From positions 8,005 to 72,004 of the IMG/VR virus record IMGVR_UViG_3300032163_000010: a DNA stretch of 64,000 nucleotides; one strand, given 5' to 3'. A model generated the notes under the pieces. The model saw only the letters and a program-made list of their open reading frames with translations, was not told the DNA's origin and did no database searches. Shown piece by piece: positions 19,809-29,867 of this stretch (position 1 is the first letter of the stretch; every line of letters begins with the position of its first letter). The DNA is from a virus. Position numbers and translations under genes: made by a program.

Positions 19809-20159
19809 TTGACTGAGATAATCAAGGCCAAGATTGAAATAGTCGATGGTGTTAGATGGTATATTTGTGCGATGTGTGGGCACAAGTGGCCTCCAAGGAA
19901 ACCTAGTCCTAAGGAATGTCCAGCGTGTAAAAGACATCTCATAATTACAGAGGCTATGCAGGAGAGAATGAAGAAGAGAAATGAAATGATGATCCCTGAA
20001 GTGGTAGATGCAAGAGATGTATTGCCGGAGATGTTCACTGCAGCGTGTGCTTTTCCGGATTGCAAGGAAGACGCTGTGGGGAAATATCGAGGAGCGTTTC
20101 TTTGTGAGATACATCTATTGAGGAAGATGAAAGAAGGGGGGTTGTTAAAGGATATCTAA
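19809..20159 (+). CDS. Double Zn-finger protein
   Basis: CAMCGHKWPPR..PKECPAC and C...C...LCEIH. Confidence 0.65.
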   Translation: MTEIIKAKIEIVDGVRWYICAMCGHKWPPRKPSPKECPACKRHLIITEAMQERMKKRNEMMIPEVVDARDVLPEMFTAACAFPDCKEDAVGKYRGAFLCEIHLLRKMKEGGLLKDI

Positions 20160-20522
20160 ATCAGATAGGACTAAGGAGAGAAGGAAGAGGAAATTCAAGA
20201 GATGGTGTTTGAAGAACGGAGTGAAGTTGAGGAATGTCTGAAGAAGAGAAAGTTCTTGAAGCATTAAAACCATTCTTCGTAGTGCTTAGAGAACTAGCTG
20301 ATATGATCATGGAAGGTCTTTCGGCAGTAGTTTTGTGGTTTGAAGACCTCTACGAGAACATCGAGGAGGTGAAGTAGATCAATGAGGGCTAAGTGGTCGA
20401 AGGAAGACACCCTCAAGGCTATTGAGAGAGAGATGAAAGGCATTGGAGCGATTAAGGCTGCAGTCATCATGGCTTTGGTCATTGCCTACGGAGAGAGCTG
20501 TGCTGAAGAGGTTGGTCATTGA

Positions 20523-20888
20523 TTGCCTGTAATATGGTATGTTGACGGATCAGGGAAGGGGAGAGTTGTAGCTGTTAACGCAGCGAGGACGAAGGTCATA
20601 GATAAGTATACCCGGGCGAAGACGAATAATGAGGCCGAATGGGAGGCAGTCTTAGCCGCACTGGGTTACGTGGCAGAGGGATGCGAGGTAGAGGTAAGGA
20701 CGGATTCCTTGGATGTTGTCAAGTGGATCGATGGAACCTATCGCACGGTGGATTCGAGAATGAGGGATTACAAGGAGAGGGTCTTATTTATGATTAAGCA
20801 GAAGAGATTAACATGTAAGGTCGTGCATGTGGCCAGAGAGGAGAACCTAGCGGGGATGATAATGGAGGGTAAGCTGAGAATTGAGTAA
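20523..20888 (+). CDS. rnhA: Ribonuclease HI
   Basis: YVDGS, TNNEAEW.A, TDS, HVAREEN catalytic pattern. Confidence 0.85.
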   Translation: MPVIWYVDGSGKGRVVAVNAARTKVIDKYTRAKTNNEAEWEAVLAALGYVAEGCEVEVRTDSLDVVKWIDGTYRTVDSRMRDYKERVLFMIKQKRLTCKVVHVAREENLAGMIMEGKLRIE

Positions 20889-21070
20889 CCTACCAGATTG
20901 GAAAGATCTGTTACCAGAGGGACTCCGGCGTTTATCGCATAAAGAACAACAAGAGAGATTCCTCAAGATGATGGGAGAATTACCGAAAGGCTCCCCGTTG
21001 AGGATAGCGATCAAGACGTTCCTAAATGCACAATATGGAACGATGGTAGTAACGAAGGAGAAGGAAAAAA

Positions 21071-21535
21071 TTGGCTGAGCAGGTTGAAAAGGGCCCTCGA
21101 GGACAAATATCTTCGAACGTTCGGGAATCTTCGAGTCTCAGATTAGACTTGAGTGGGGGAGGGCTTGAAGTGTTCTTGGGGAGGTTGGGGGCCAAGATCG
21201 TCGAGGTCGTCGGGGAGTTATACAAAGCGAAAAACTACTTTGTTGAGATGAAGGAGATTATGGATAGGTTAGAGATCGAAGTAGGAGAAGAACTCCCATC
21301 GCGAACGGCGGTTTTGAATAGGATCATAGAATTAGGTGAGATGAATGTTCTCTTTGTCCAGGAGGTTATTGGGCATGGGGGCAAGAAAATTCAAGTAGGG
21401 CCGAATGGGGAAAAGAAAACGTTGTTTGAAGAACTAACTGACGAAACGATAGAGAGATTGAATCAGGAACTAGAACTCCTAGGATCGGAGTTCTCGATAG
21501 AGAACACAAGGAGGGATAACGATACACGCATTTGA
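21071..21535 (+). CDS. wHTH-like DNA-binding protein
   Basis: SRTAVLNRIIELGEMNVL helix plus wing. Confidence 0.5.
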   Translation: MAEQVEKGPRGQISSNVRESSSLRLDLSGGGLEVFLGRLGAKIVEVVGELYKAKNYFVEMKEIMDRLEIEVGEELPSRTAVLNRIIELGEMNVLFVQEVIGHGGKKIQVGPNGEKKTLFEELTDETIERLNQELELLGSEFSIENTRRDNDTRI

Positions 21536-21803
21536 GTGTCCTGATTGCGGAGAGGTAGTTCATCTACCGGCAGGAGCAAAGACCGCTCAGTGTGAGATGT
21601 GCCATAGGGAAGTTAAAGTCTCTTGGCAAAAGGAGAAGAACTTCGAAGGGAGACCTGTGGGGTTCGTACATTATAGAGAGAGCCGAACGACAACTACAGC
21701 GGATGTGTATCTTGATAAAGAGACATTGATGGCCTCAAAGAGGAAGATCTCTAATGTCGACAAAGGTAGAAGTAAGATGGTTTCTCGAGGAACATCCAAA
21801 TGA
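21516..21803 (+). CDS. Zn-ribbon protein with non-NTG start
   Basis: CPDC...CEMC pair begins upstream of the first ATG (21597); only ATA/ACG are available after GGAGG and the in-frame stop at 21498. Confidence 0.55.
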   Translation: MTIHAFECPDCGEVVHLPAGAKTAQCEMCHREVKVSWQKEKNFEGRPVGFVHYRESRTTTTADVYLDKETLMASKRKISNVDKGRSKMVSRGTSK

Positions 21804-22083
21804 AGCGTTTTGTGCTAAGGAACTTTTGGGGGTGATACTGTCTGGCGAACCTAGGATTAGAAAGGCCCTCAATGAATTATCTGATGAAGGGATTATCGAG
21901 TGTCATCAAGGGGAGATTCTCTATTATGGATTTGTGGGAGTTCCATGCGAGTATCGATCGAAGTGTGGAGAGTTTGTTGAAGGAGATGATTGTTTGAAAA
22001 GATCATTCATGTGTCGCACAAGGCAGGACATGGAGGACAAGGAACTCGAGGAGGAGGTAAAGGATGTCACTGAAGCAGAGTAG
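21754..22083 (+). CDS. wHTH plus Cys-rich protein
   Basis: FLEEHPNEAF.AKEL...IRKALNELSDEG. Confidence 0.55.
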   Translation: MSTKVEVRWFLEEHPNEAFCAKELLGVILSGEPRIRKALNELSDEGIIECHQGEILYYGFVGVPCEYRSKCGEFVEGDDCLKRSFMCRTRQDMEDKELEEEVKDVTEAE

Positions 22084-23175
22084 GCTATTTGGGTTCGGAG
22101 GGATCAAGGAAAAACTCTATTGCGGGTTTTGTAGAGCGAAGGCTGAAGTTGAAGAGAGCAGGCAGGAGGGGGAGATAGAGTTGTTGAGATTGTCTTGTGG
22201 GCATGTAACATTGAGAGATCTCTCAGGAAGGGAGGAAATCGCGGATAGGTTGATGGAGGAAAGGAAACGTGAGCGAAAAAAGATGTGACCTCTCGGATGC
22301 AGTCTGCGGATGCATCAGGGAGATCAACAGAGAAGAATGTCTACTCTGTATTATATCCCAACAGGCTTCGATGTTGCATGTTGCGTCGAAACTGATGGTT
22401 GCAAATGCTATCCTGCAAGGAGGAGAGGCAGGATTTGAAGTTATAGTGACATCTGACAGGATTTTACATAGAACTGGGGAATGGATTAAGAAATATAGAC
22501 AAGATTTGGAAAAAGAAGCTAGAGAAACAGGCAAGGAGGAAAGGGGGCTGGAAATGAGAGCGTTGGGTCCGATGACCAGGGAGGAGCTAATGGCGGCACT
22601 CATAGCGTCAGGTGAGTCGAAGGTGAAACCAATTTGAGTGAGAAGTATATGGATATATGGACTGAGGGGGCGAAAGAGAAAGTAGGGAACGCTCCTTTTG
22701 AGATTCTCTCGAAGTTAGATGCTCTCGTGAAGGAGCATGGGAAGGATCTGACCCATCCGTCAGTCTACGCGAAGTGTCCTGTGGATGGGGATAAATGGAC
22801 AGTGTATTTTGAAGTCCATGAGGAAGAGTGGAGCGGAGTGTCAGAAGAGATTGTGGAGTTCATCAAAAAGAACAACGTGGAGGTTGAGACGTTCGCATGA
22901 CAAAGTTTGAAATGGAGTTGCCTGATGAGCTAATTAGGTTACTCAAAGAGATAAGGACTGATTTGTCAGCTGACAGGTATTACTCGTTGGATTATGATCT
23001 CAGGGAGAATTACAAACCTGCCACTGATGAGGACGTTATCAAGTATTTACTCAAGCGAGACAAGTATCTGAGATCTTGGGAGTGCGATATGAGTGATAAT
23101 CTCATCAAAATAGTTGATGTTGAAGGATACAAGAAGAAACACGCAAAAGATAAATTGACAGGAGGAATCAACTAA
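22064..23175 (+). other. Small hypothetical ORFs 22064-22288, 22269-22637, 22634-22900, 22897-23175
   Basis: Overlapping operon ORFs, two with Cys motifs. Confidence 0.6.
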
Positions 23176-24119
23176 TGTTGGTTGAGAAATACCGCCCCAA
23201 GAGTTTTGCTGAGGTCTATGGACATAAGAGGATCATAGACTCACTGAAAGGGTTTGTCACATTGAAAGAAATGCCGAATCTTTTGTTCGTAGGGAAGAAC
23301 GGGGTAGGGAAGACCGCCGTGGCGAATGCTTTGGCTCACGAACTAGGGATCGTGTTCCCTCAAGATTACTTAGAGATCAACTCAAGTGAAGAGAGAGGGA
23401 TCGATACAATCAGGGAGAAGGTCATCGGATTTGCCAAAACAAAGGGTATCAGCCCCACGAAATGGAAGATCCTTCTTTTGGATGAAGCGGATGGAATAAC
23501 GAAACAGGCACAACAATCTCTGAGAAAAGTGATGGAACAACATGAAAAATCAGTTAGGTTTATTCTGACGTCGAATGATCTGTCGAGAGTTTCAGAGGCG
23601 CTGCAGGATAGGTGTTCGATATATATGTTCCAGGGGGTTCATTTCACTCAGATCGAATCGTTGATTAAGGATGTGGCATACAAGGAGAAGCAAGTCTTCC
23701 TGAGTGACTTCGTAGTCAAAGCGATCAGGGAGATTTCAAGGGGATCTGCGAGGAAGGCTCTGAACACCCTTGAGGCAGTGTTGACGTTAGAGAATCCTAC
23801 AGTTGAAGATGTCTACCAGTTGGTCGGTTCGGCGAATGAAGAGTCAGTGTTCCATTTGGTGTTTAGTGCGTTGAAGGGTCATGTGACAGCTCTTCAAGTT
23901 CTCGATAATCTTTTGGAATCAGGAACAGATGCCACGGATGTCATCAATTTGATATACTACGGCACAGTGAGGAACACAATCCCGAGATTGACAAGTTCTG
24001 AGCGGTTAGTTCTATTGAACGCGGTGGGTTCTGTTCCTGGATCGACAGATGAACAGAGACTCGGGGGAATTATTGCAAGAGTGATACAGATCATCGGACC
24101 AGTGGAGGCTTCGGAATGA
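23175..24119 (+). CDS. rfcS: Replication factor C small subunit (clamp loader)
   Basis: VEKYRP, GKNGVGKT, EINSSEERGID, LLDEAD, ALQDRC. Confidence 0.93.
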   Translation: MLVEKYRPKSFAEVYGHKRIIDSLKGFVTLKEMPNLLFVGKNGVGKTAVANALAHELGIVFPQDYLEINSSEERGIDTIREKVIGFAKTKGISPTKWKILLLDEADGITKQAQQSLRKVMEQHEKSVRFILTSNDLSRVSEALQDRCSIYMFQGVHFTQIESLIKDVAYKEKQVFLSDFVVKAIREISRGSARKALNTLEAVLTLENPTVEDVYQLVGSANEESVFHLVFSALKGHVTALQVLDNLLESGTDATDVINLIYYGTVRNTIPRLTSSERLVLLNAVGSVPGSTDEQRLGGIIARVIQIIGPVEASE

Positions 24120-24318
24120 AAATAAGAGTTATCAATATCACTTGGACTCAGAGGTTAAAGTAAAGACAGCTATTGGAACTGTGATAATAAAATCGCAGGA
24201 GATGTTGCAACTGGGAAAAAATGAAGTTGGTTTCTTAGAAGGCAAAAGAAAACATCATCAACAAGGAGTGTTCATGCAAGGGGGAATAATCAATGCGGGC
24301 TGGGGAGGTACAGCTAAG

Positions 24319-25053
24319 ATGGGAATTAATGGATGTACGTTATGTGAGTTGACGAGAAAGAGTATCGTTAAGGGAAATGGTAATCCTAAAGCTCGATTAA
24401 TGATCATCGGAGAGGCTCCAGGAGAGGAAGAAGACCTACAAGGAAAGCCATTCGTTGGCCGATCAGGCAAGTTGTTGAACGCAACTCTGGCCAAGATGGG
24501 GATCAAGAGGGAAGATATCTACGTGACGAATATCATGAAATGTCATCCACCAGGGAATAGAAGACCTCTTCAGACGGAGATTGATAACTGCACTATGTAT
24601 CTACTAGAGGAAATCCGAAGTGTTGATCCAGAAGTCATCGCAACATTGGGATTGTCTGCAGCGAACTGGTTCTTGCCAGGAGAGACCATGGGGGAGATGA
24701 ACGGTAGGGTATTTAACATTCAAATCAATGATAAATCAAGGAAGATAGTTCCAGTGTACCATCCGAGTGCGGTGTTGAGGAATCCGAACATCAAAGATTC
24801 GTTCGAACGAGCAATGAAGGTAGCCATTGAGGAGAGCCGAGAAGTAATGAAGATTAACGAAGGAGATTTTGTAGCTGCGGCCGCTGATGGGTTTATCAGG
24901 AAAGCGAGGAAGAACGATAGACCTGTAGGGACAGTGGTTAACAAGGATACATTCACTAGTGGGACAATTGTGAAGATGAAAACCAAAGATGGAACGGAGT
25001 ATTGGGTGACAATAACAGGATATGTTCCTGAGTTTGTGGAGGTGAAACCCTAA
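24319..25053 (+). CDS. udg: Family 4 uracil-DNA glycosylase with C-terminal extension
   Basis: CTLCEL, GEAPG.EED..G.PFVG.SG, KCHPPGNR, YHPS; GGAGGT precedes ATG 24319. Confidence 0.92.
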   Translation: MGINGCTLCELTRKSIVKGNGNPKARLMIIGEAPGEEEDLQGKPFVGRSGKLLNATLAKMGIKREDIYVTNIMKCHPPGNRRPLQTEIDNCTMYLLEEIRSVDPEVIATLGLSAANWFLPGETMGEMNGRVFNIQINDKSRKIVPVYHPSAVLRNPNIKDSFERAMKVAIEESREVMKINEGDFVAAAADGFIRKARKNDRPVGTVVNKDTFTSGTIVKMKTKDGTEYWVTITGYVPEFVEVKP

Positions 25054-25316
25054 TGGTAGGAATCACTACAAGGAGAAACCCTGATGGGTTAGTTCTGTAT
25101 AAAGGGGCCAAGAACGCAAAAACAGGTTTGCCTGAAGGTGGAATTCACGTGGAGGTCTTCTTAGACAGAGATGAATGTGAAAAAGTTCTAGAGTCCATTA
25201 GGGAGGCAAAGAGGCACTATTGGAGGAACGGGGAGAAGAAACCAATGAAACCCGATAAGGGCAGTATATTGAAAGTGGAACTCCCTGATTCATTGAGGGA
25301 AGCTGACAAGAAATGA
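25053..25316 (+). CDS. Hypothetical protein
   Basis: GGAGGTGA RBS. Confidence 0.6.
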   Translation: MVGITTRRNPDGLVLYKGAKNAKTGLPEGGIHVEVFLDRDECEKVLESIREAKRHYWRNGEKKPMKPDKGSILKVELPDSLREADKK

Positions 25317-25448
25317 ACCCAAGATATATCCTAGCTGCGGTTTTGTTGGCAAGCTGTACTGTAGTTTATGCTGTTGTGGCTTGGACTATGGTTTCTGCAA
25401 TTCTTCATGCCATAGCTGAGGATCTATACTTGTTGGGGGTCTAGAGAC

Positions 25449-25748
25449 ATGAGACAGGAACTAGCATGTTCAGACTGTGGGAGAAGACTAGTCTTTGATA
25501 TGAACTTCAGCCAAGATGGTAACCATGAGATCACGTGTCCGGCATGTGGTCACGTTCATTACAGGGTAGTAAGGAATGGACAGATTACAGGTGATAGGTG
25601 GCAGGCGGCAATGCAAACTTTCATGGCAACGAATATCACGGTATATAGTGGTGGAACTACATGTGATACATGGGCTTCGAACATGAATGTTGGCACAGCT
25701 ACCCAATTCATGCGTTTCTCATGGTTGCAGACAGGAACAGGAGGGTAG
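25449..25748 (+). CDS. Zn-ribbon protein
   Basis: CSDC...CPACGHVH. Confidence 0.65.
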   Translation: MRQELACSDCGRRLVFDMNFSQDGNHEITCPACGHVHYRVVRNGQITGDRWQAAMQTFMATNITVYSGGTTCDTWASNMNVGTATQFMRFSWLQTGTGG

Positions 25749-25758
25749 GAGGTGAGAA

Positions 25759-26104
25759 GATGAAGATAGAAATATACGCAAGAGGGGAACCGAGAACAGG
25801 GAAGTCTTTCGTCTTAGTTAGATTAGCGAAGGTTTTGAATTCATATGGGTTCGAGACCTCAGCAGTGGTCAATATCGAAACTGATGTCGAGAAACTGGAG
25901 GCTATGAGGCTGGAAGATCGGTCGGCGTTCATAACTGGCGACAGAATGGTGCAATTCGGAGATTGGACGTTCGAATTAGACAAGGACGACGTTCTAACGA
26001 AGGTCCTATTTAAAGGAATGACAGTTCATTCGACCGAAGTAGTGATAGGACTCAGTATAACAGCCCAGCCTGAGTTGACGTTGAGGGGCGCTATCACGGA
26101 ATGA
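25759..26104 (+). CDS. Small protein with P-loop-like N-terminus
   Basis: GGAGGTGA RBS; GEPRTGKS motif. Confidence 0.55.
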
Positions 26105-26123
26105 AACTTGAAACTTCCGTAGA

Positions 26124-26151
26124 CTTTGGCAAAATTTTTCAAAAGCCAAAG
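26124..26151. terminator. Inverted repeat with T-tract after operon
   Basis: ctttggc aaaatttttcaaaa gccaaag. Confidence 0.45.
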
Positions 26152-26204
26152 ACTCCAAATAACCCCTTCTGTCGTTTACTTCCTGCGTCTGCCTGAAACA
26201 ATGT

Positions 26205-26220
26205 CGAAAGTTTTATATAT
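26205..26220 (+). promoter_or_regulatory. BRE-TATA promoter of the replication operon
   Basis: CGAAAGTTTTATATAT. Confidence 0.8.
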
Positions 26221-26284
26221 AAAGAGCGGGGAGACTTAAATGCATACCCACTTAGAAGAGAGGGATGCGAATAGGTGAAAGAAA

Positions 26285-26572
26285 GTGCCAATAAGTCTAG
26301 AAGACTTTAAGAAACTCGCGCCGAAAGGCGAGAAGACGGCGACAGTGCCAACAGACAAGCTCCTTGCAGAGCTGAAGAAAGCAGCCATGACCACGAAAGA
26401 AGTTGCGAAGCTTCTTGGTGTTCAGAGTGGTACGGCGTATTCTAGGTTGCAGAAGCTTGAGAAGGCAGGCGCCGTTGAGAGAGGTATGAACGGTGCGACG
26501 TCCTATTGGGCGTTCAAAGCCGGATACATCCCAAAACCCGAGGCCAAAGTAGAAGAGAAGAAAGCAGCGTGA
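26285..26572 (+). CDS. wHTH protein, MPIS-type paralog 5
   Basis: MPISLEDFKKL...MTTKEVAKLLGV..TAYSRLQKLEKAGAVER. Confidence 0.8.
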   Translation: MPISLEDFKKLAPKGEKTATVPTDKLLAELKKAAMTTKEVAKLLGVQSGTAYSRLQKLEKAGAVERGMNGATSYWAFKAGYIPKPEAKVEEKKAA

Positions 26573-26577
26573 GATAG

Positions 26578-26769
26578 ATGGCATCTTGGGAGGAAATTCT
26601 CCGTGGGCAAGCGTTGACCTGCGGGGAAATAGCCGAACGTTGTGGGAAATCAAGACCCACAATGTTGAAGCTCCTCCAAGATGCAGTCTCACGAGGCGAC
26701 CTTGAGATTAGGGAACAAGACTCCAGTTTGTTTTATGCAGTGAAAGAAAAGAGTAAGGATGTGTTGTAG
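26578..26769 (+). CDS. Small wHTH protein
   Basis: LTCGEIAERCGKSRPTMLKLL. Confidence 0.7.
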   Translation: MASWEEILRGQALTCGEIAERCGKSRPTMLKLLQDAVSRGDLEIREQDSSLFYAVKEKSKDVL

Positions 26770-26772
26770 AAA

Positions 26773-27924
26773 TTGTCGTATCCAGAAGAGTTGAAGACAT
26801 GGGCAGACGTTCTTGGAAAATCTGTTGAAGAACTACAGACAGAGTTTAACAAGAAGGTCTCTGAGGTAGCAAAGAACCATCCGGAGATGCAACCGGAGGC
26901 GGTCAGCCAAAGAGCTCTGAAGATCCTTTATGCGGAGATCAAGTCCGAGATGCGGTCCAGAGCCGAGCCTTTCGACTTTGTCTCGATGGGTGTCTCTTCG
27001 AAGAGAGACATGAATGCGAGGAAGAAGGAGGATATGCTCTCGAAATGGGCAAATCCTGAGACAAGGGATGAAGCAGTAACAGGCTTGGATGGCGTAAGGA
27101 TCAAAGTCACGGTCAACCAGGAGACTGGTGAGGAGAAGGCCATTGTCGTTGATGACCGTGAGTGGATCGAGTTCGAAAGGGATGGCAAGCCTGCGAGGTT
27201 CAAGAACAGGAACTACGGCAAGGAACTTGCGGAGACATGGGTTAGGGATAGCGTTGCAATTGGCAAACGATCGAACTCCGCAGAGGGGTTCAGAATGCTG
27301 CGGATCAATGCAATGCGGGGCCAAGCGGATTCTTACCCGCAGTTAGGAAAGTCCCTTAGGGCGAGGTTCACAGTTAGGAAGGAAGACGAACTATCGGCTG
27401 AGCTGAGAACTGTCGAGGCAACTACGTGGAATAATCCGATAACGATTTCTGGAATTCCAGATGCCACGAGCGAAAAGGCCATGTATGAACTACTTGGGAA
27501 GTTACCTGATTGGTTGAAGGTCTCGTTAGGATCGGAGGAATTGAAGGACTACCACGAAAAGTTCAAGGATGACTACGGACGGATTGCATTAGTGGAAGGC
27601 GATGTCACGTATATTACACATGAACCGAATGAGAATGGATCTTATATGATTGTCTTCGAAGATGAGTCGAACTTTGATCTAGAAGCAGAGGGAATTCAGG
27701 GATACATACCAAGGGAAGTAGAGAATTGGACACACTTCTCTCCAGGAACACACGTAAGAGCACTAGTGAGGACAGGGGAGACAGCGGTCAGAGACCGGGA
27801 GACAGGAGAGCTAACGGACGCAAAGAGAACGATATTCAACGTATTCATGGTCTGTGCAGATCCTGACTCAAAGGTTCCATATGTTCCGGTAGTTGACGAA
27901 GCCGAAGAGATAGCCCAGAAGTAA
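26773..27924 (+). CDS. Putative OB-fold ssDNA-binding (RPA-like) protein
   Basis: Helical N-terminus, beta-rich body, acidic tail; sits next to the AAA ATPase. Confidence 0.5.
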   Translation: MSYPEELKTWADVLGKSVEELQTEFNKKVSEVAKNHPEMQPEAVSQRALKILYAEIKSEMRSRAEPFDFVSMGVSSKRDMNARKKEDMLSKWANPETRDEAVTGLDGVRIKVTVNQETGEEKAIVVDDREWIEFERDGKPARFKNRNYGKELAETWVRDSVAIGKRSNSAEGFRMLRINAMRGQADSYPQLGKSLRARFTVRKEDELSAELRTVEATTWNNPITISGIPDATSEKAMYELLGKLPDWLKVSLGSEELKDYHEKFKDDYGRIALVEGDVTYITHEPNENGSYMIVFEDESNFDLEAEGIQGYIPREVENWTHFSPGTHVRALVRTGETAVRDRETGELTDAKRTIFNVFMVCADPDSKVPYVPVVDEAEEIAQK

Positions 27925-28007
27925 ACATCACCCCGTGCTGAGATCACATCAAAGAGCGAGGTCCCTTAAAATCTTATTTTTATGAACTCGTTTGGGGGTT
28001 GTTGCGT

Positions 28008-28907
28008 ATGGATGAAATGACGTTCGGTAAGTCAAAGAATGGGAGTCATGACCTCGTCCGCGGGACGTTGTCTAGCGGACCGCCCAAGGATCCAAATGCT
28101 TATTTTAAAGGAGGTTCTCAAGTGAAGCAACTCAAGGGGTTGCGAGTAGGCGCCTGGGGATCGCAAGGGACAGGGAAGAGTCACTGTGCGTTGACTTTCC
28201 CCAAGCCCATTTTCGCTGTGAACACGGACTTCGGCATGTATCCGTTGTTGGAAGAGAAAGAATTCGCAGTGTGGTGTAAGCCGTATACCGAGGAAGATTG
28301 GATTAGAATATTCGAAGCCGGAGTCTTAGATGAGACATCAGCGGAGCCGGATCCTCTGAGGTCACTTCAAGCAACGGAAGAGGCGTTGACAGCTCTCGCT
28401 GGAGCTTCTCAAGGAACGATAGTCTTAGACTCGGGGGAGGATATATGGTCGTGGATAGGCACTTGGCTTGAAGAAGTCGCGACGAAGAGATCAGAGAAGA
28501 CTGGAGAGAAGTACCAATACGAATGGGGGAAGGCGAATGCCAGGTATCGGTTGTTGATGATGCGGATATTGAGTAAGCCAATGAACTTCGTGATCACAGG
28601 CCAATCGCAGGCAGTATATGATGAACACGGCAAGGTGGTGCCAGGAACAAAGGCTGATTGGCAGAAGAAAACGCCATACTGGGTAGATTTGGAACTCGAG
28701 ATGCAGCGGAGAACTGATGGAGTGTTTCAGGCGAAGGTCCGCAAGTGTCGCCTCGGGGCGAACAAGAAAGATTTGATTATTAACCCGACGTATGAGAATA
28801 TAGTCAAATGGATCAAAGAGGAGTTCCCAGAGAGAACAATTTTCACGCAAGGGATTACGAAGTTAGAAGACGTGATGAAACCTCTGGAAGTCCAACCTGT
28901 TGTCTAG
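28008..28907 (+). CDS. AAA_24/Sak4-like recombination ATPase
   Basis: GSQGTGKS, TIVLDS, NFVITG, RecA-like C-terminal KCR. Confidence 0.75.
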   Translation: MDEMTFGKSKNGSHDLVRGTLSSGPPKDPNAYFKGGSQVKQLKGLRVGAWGSQGTGKSHCALTFPKPIFAVNTDFGMYPLLEEKEFAVWCKPYTEEDWIRIFEAGVLDETSAEPDPLRSLQATEEALTALAGASQGTIVLDSGEDIWSWIGTWLEEVATKRSEKTGEKYQYEWGKANARYRLLMMRILSKPMNFVITGQSQAVYDEHGKVVPGTKADWQKKTPYWVDLELEMQRRTDGVFQAKVRKCRLGANKKDLIINPTYENIVKWIKEEFPERTIFTQGITKLEDVMKPLEVQPVV

Positions 28908-28918
28908 GAGGGGTCCCA

Positions 28919-29632
28919 ATGAAAATCTGTTTGATCCCACCAGATAGTTGGCTACATGCAGGAACGGATATGCATTATGTCCTAGCACAGAGGGTCCTTC
29001 AGTCAGATGTGTATAAGGACTTCTATGCGAAGGAGGACAAGTTCAAGATTATGGATCATGGCATTTACGAAAATGACATGATGGATTTTGACGATACGAT
29101 GAAAATAGCGGATGAGATAAACGCTGACGAGATTGTTCTTCCGGATGAGATTAAGATAAGACAGCCTCTTGAGTTTTACGCGGACTTGATTGAATCGTTA
29201 CCGAGGAATTATAGGTATATGATTGTCCCACAGGGAGATGATCCGGAAGAGTGGCGGCAATCCTATCTGGAGTTGTGTAACTTAGACGGGATAGATACTA
29301 TAGGAATACCGGTTTGGTTGTACAAAGATTTCTCGGCGAGAGCGACTGTGGTTAATTATATGTTTAGGAAAGGGGAACTGAACCTTCAGAAGGATCATCA
29401 TTTGCTAGGACTGGATAATTATTGGGAGTTGATCAACTACCCTCCAGGGGTTATTCGAAGTGTCGATACTAGTTTACCATTTTCGATGGTCATGGCAGGA
29501 GAGAAATCCGCTTGGGGTTATGATCCACCTGAGCACAAAAGAGCGTCGTCAGATGCAGCGTTGTTCGATATCTCCGCGGAAGATTTGGCGAGAGAGCTAA
29601 AGATGTTCAAGGAGATAGCAAGACTAGTCTAG
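28919..29632 (+). CDS. TGT-fold DNA transglycosylase-like protein (DpdA-like)
   Basis: IMDHGIYE, VLPD, VPQG, HHLLG, SVDTS motifs; preQ0 genes in the same genome. Confidence 0.65.
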   Translation: MKICLIPPDSWLHAGTDMHYVLAQRVLQSDVYKDFYAKEDKFKIMDHGIYENDMMDFDDTMKIADEINADEIVLPDEIKIRQPLEFYADLIESLPRNYRYMIVPQGDDPEEWRQSYLELCNLDGIDTIGIPVWLYKDFSARATVVNYMFRKGELNLQKDHHLLGLDNYWELINYPPGVIRSVDTSLPFSMVMAGEKSAWGYDPPEHKRASSDAALFDISAEDLARELKMFKEIARLV

Positions 29633-29654
29633 GTATGGATAGGGAGGTTAAGAG

Positions 29655-29867
29655 ATGAGCGCTGGCAAGATAATATCCTGCTGGGATCTGATGGAAGAAG
29701 CAGCAAAGACGATGATCTCACAATCACAGGAGCTTGTCAACGAACACCTGAAAGTCATCAGGAACCTGAATATGATTATCGAGCGATGCGAAAAGACGAA
29801 ATCACTTGAAGAACAGATTAGGGAAAAGGATAAACAAATACAGGATCTCAAAAACAACGAGGGATGA
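29655..29867 (+). CDS. Coiled-coil hypothetical protein
   Basis: GGAGG RBS; heptad pattern. Confidence 0.55.
   Translation: MSAGKIISCWDLMEEAAKTMISQSQELVNEHLKVIRNLNMIIERCEKTKSLEEQIREKDKQIQDLKNNEG

Noticed and set aside
24142-24318. Long N-terminal extension of UDG
   Set aside because: RBS and family start (CxxC) fit ATG 24319
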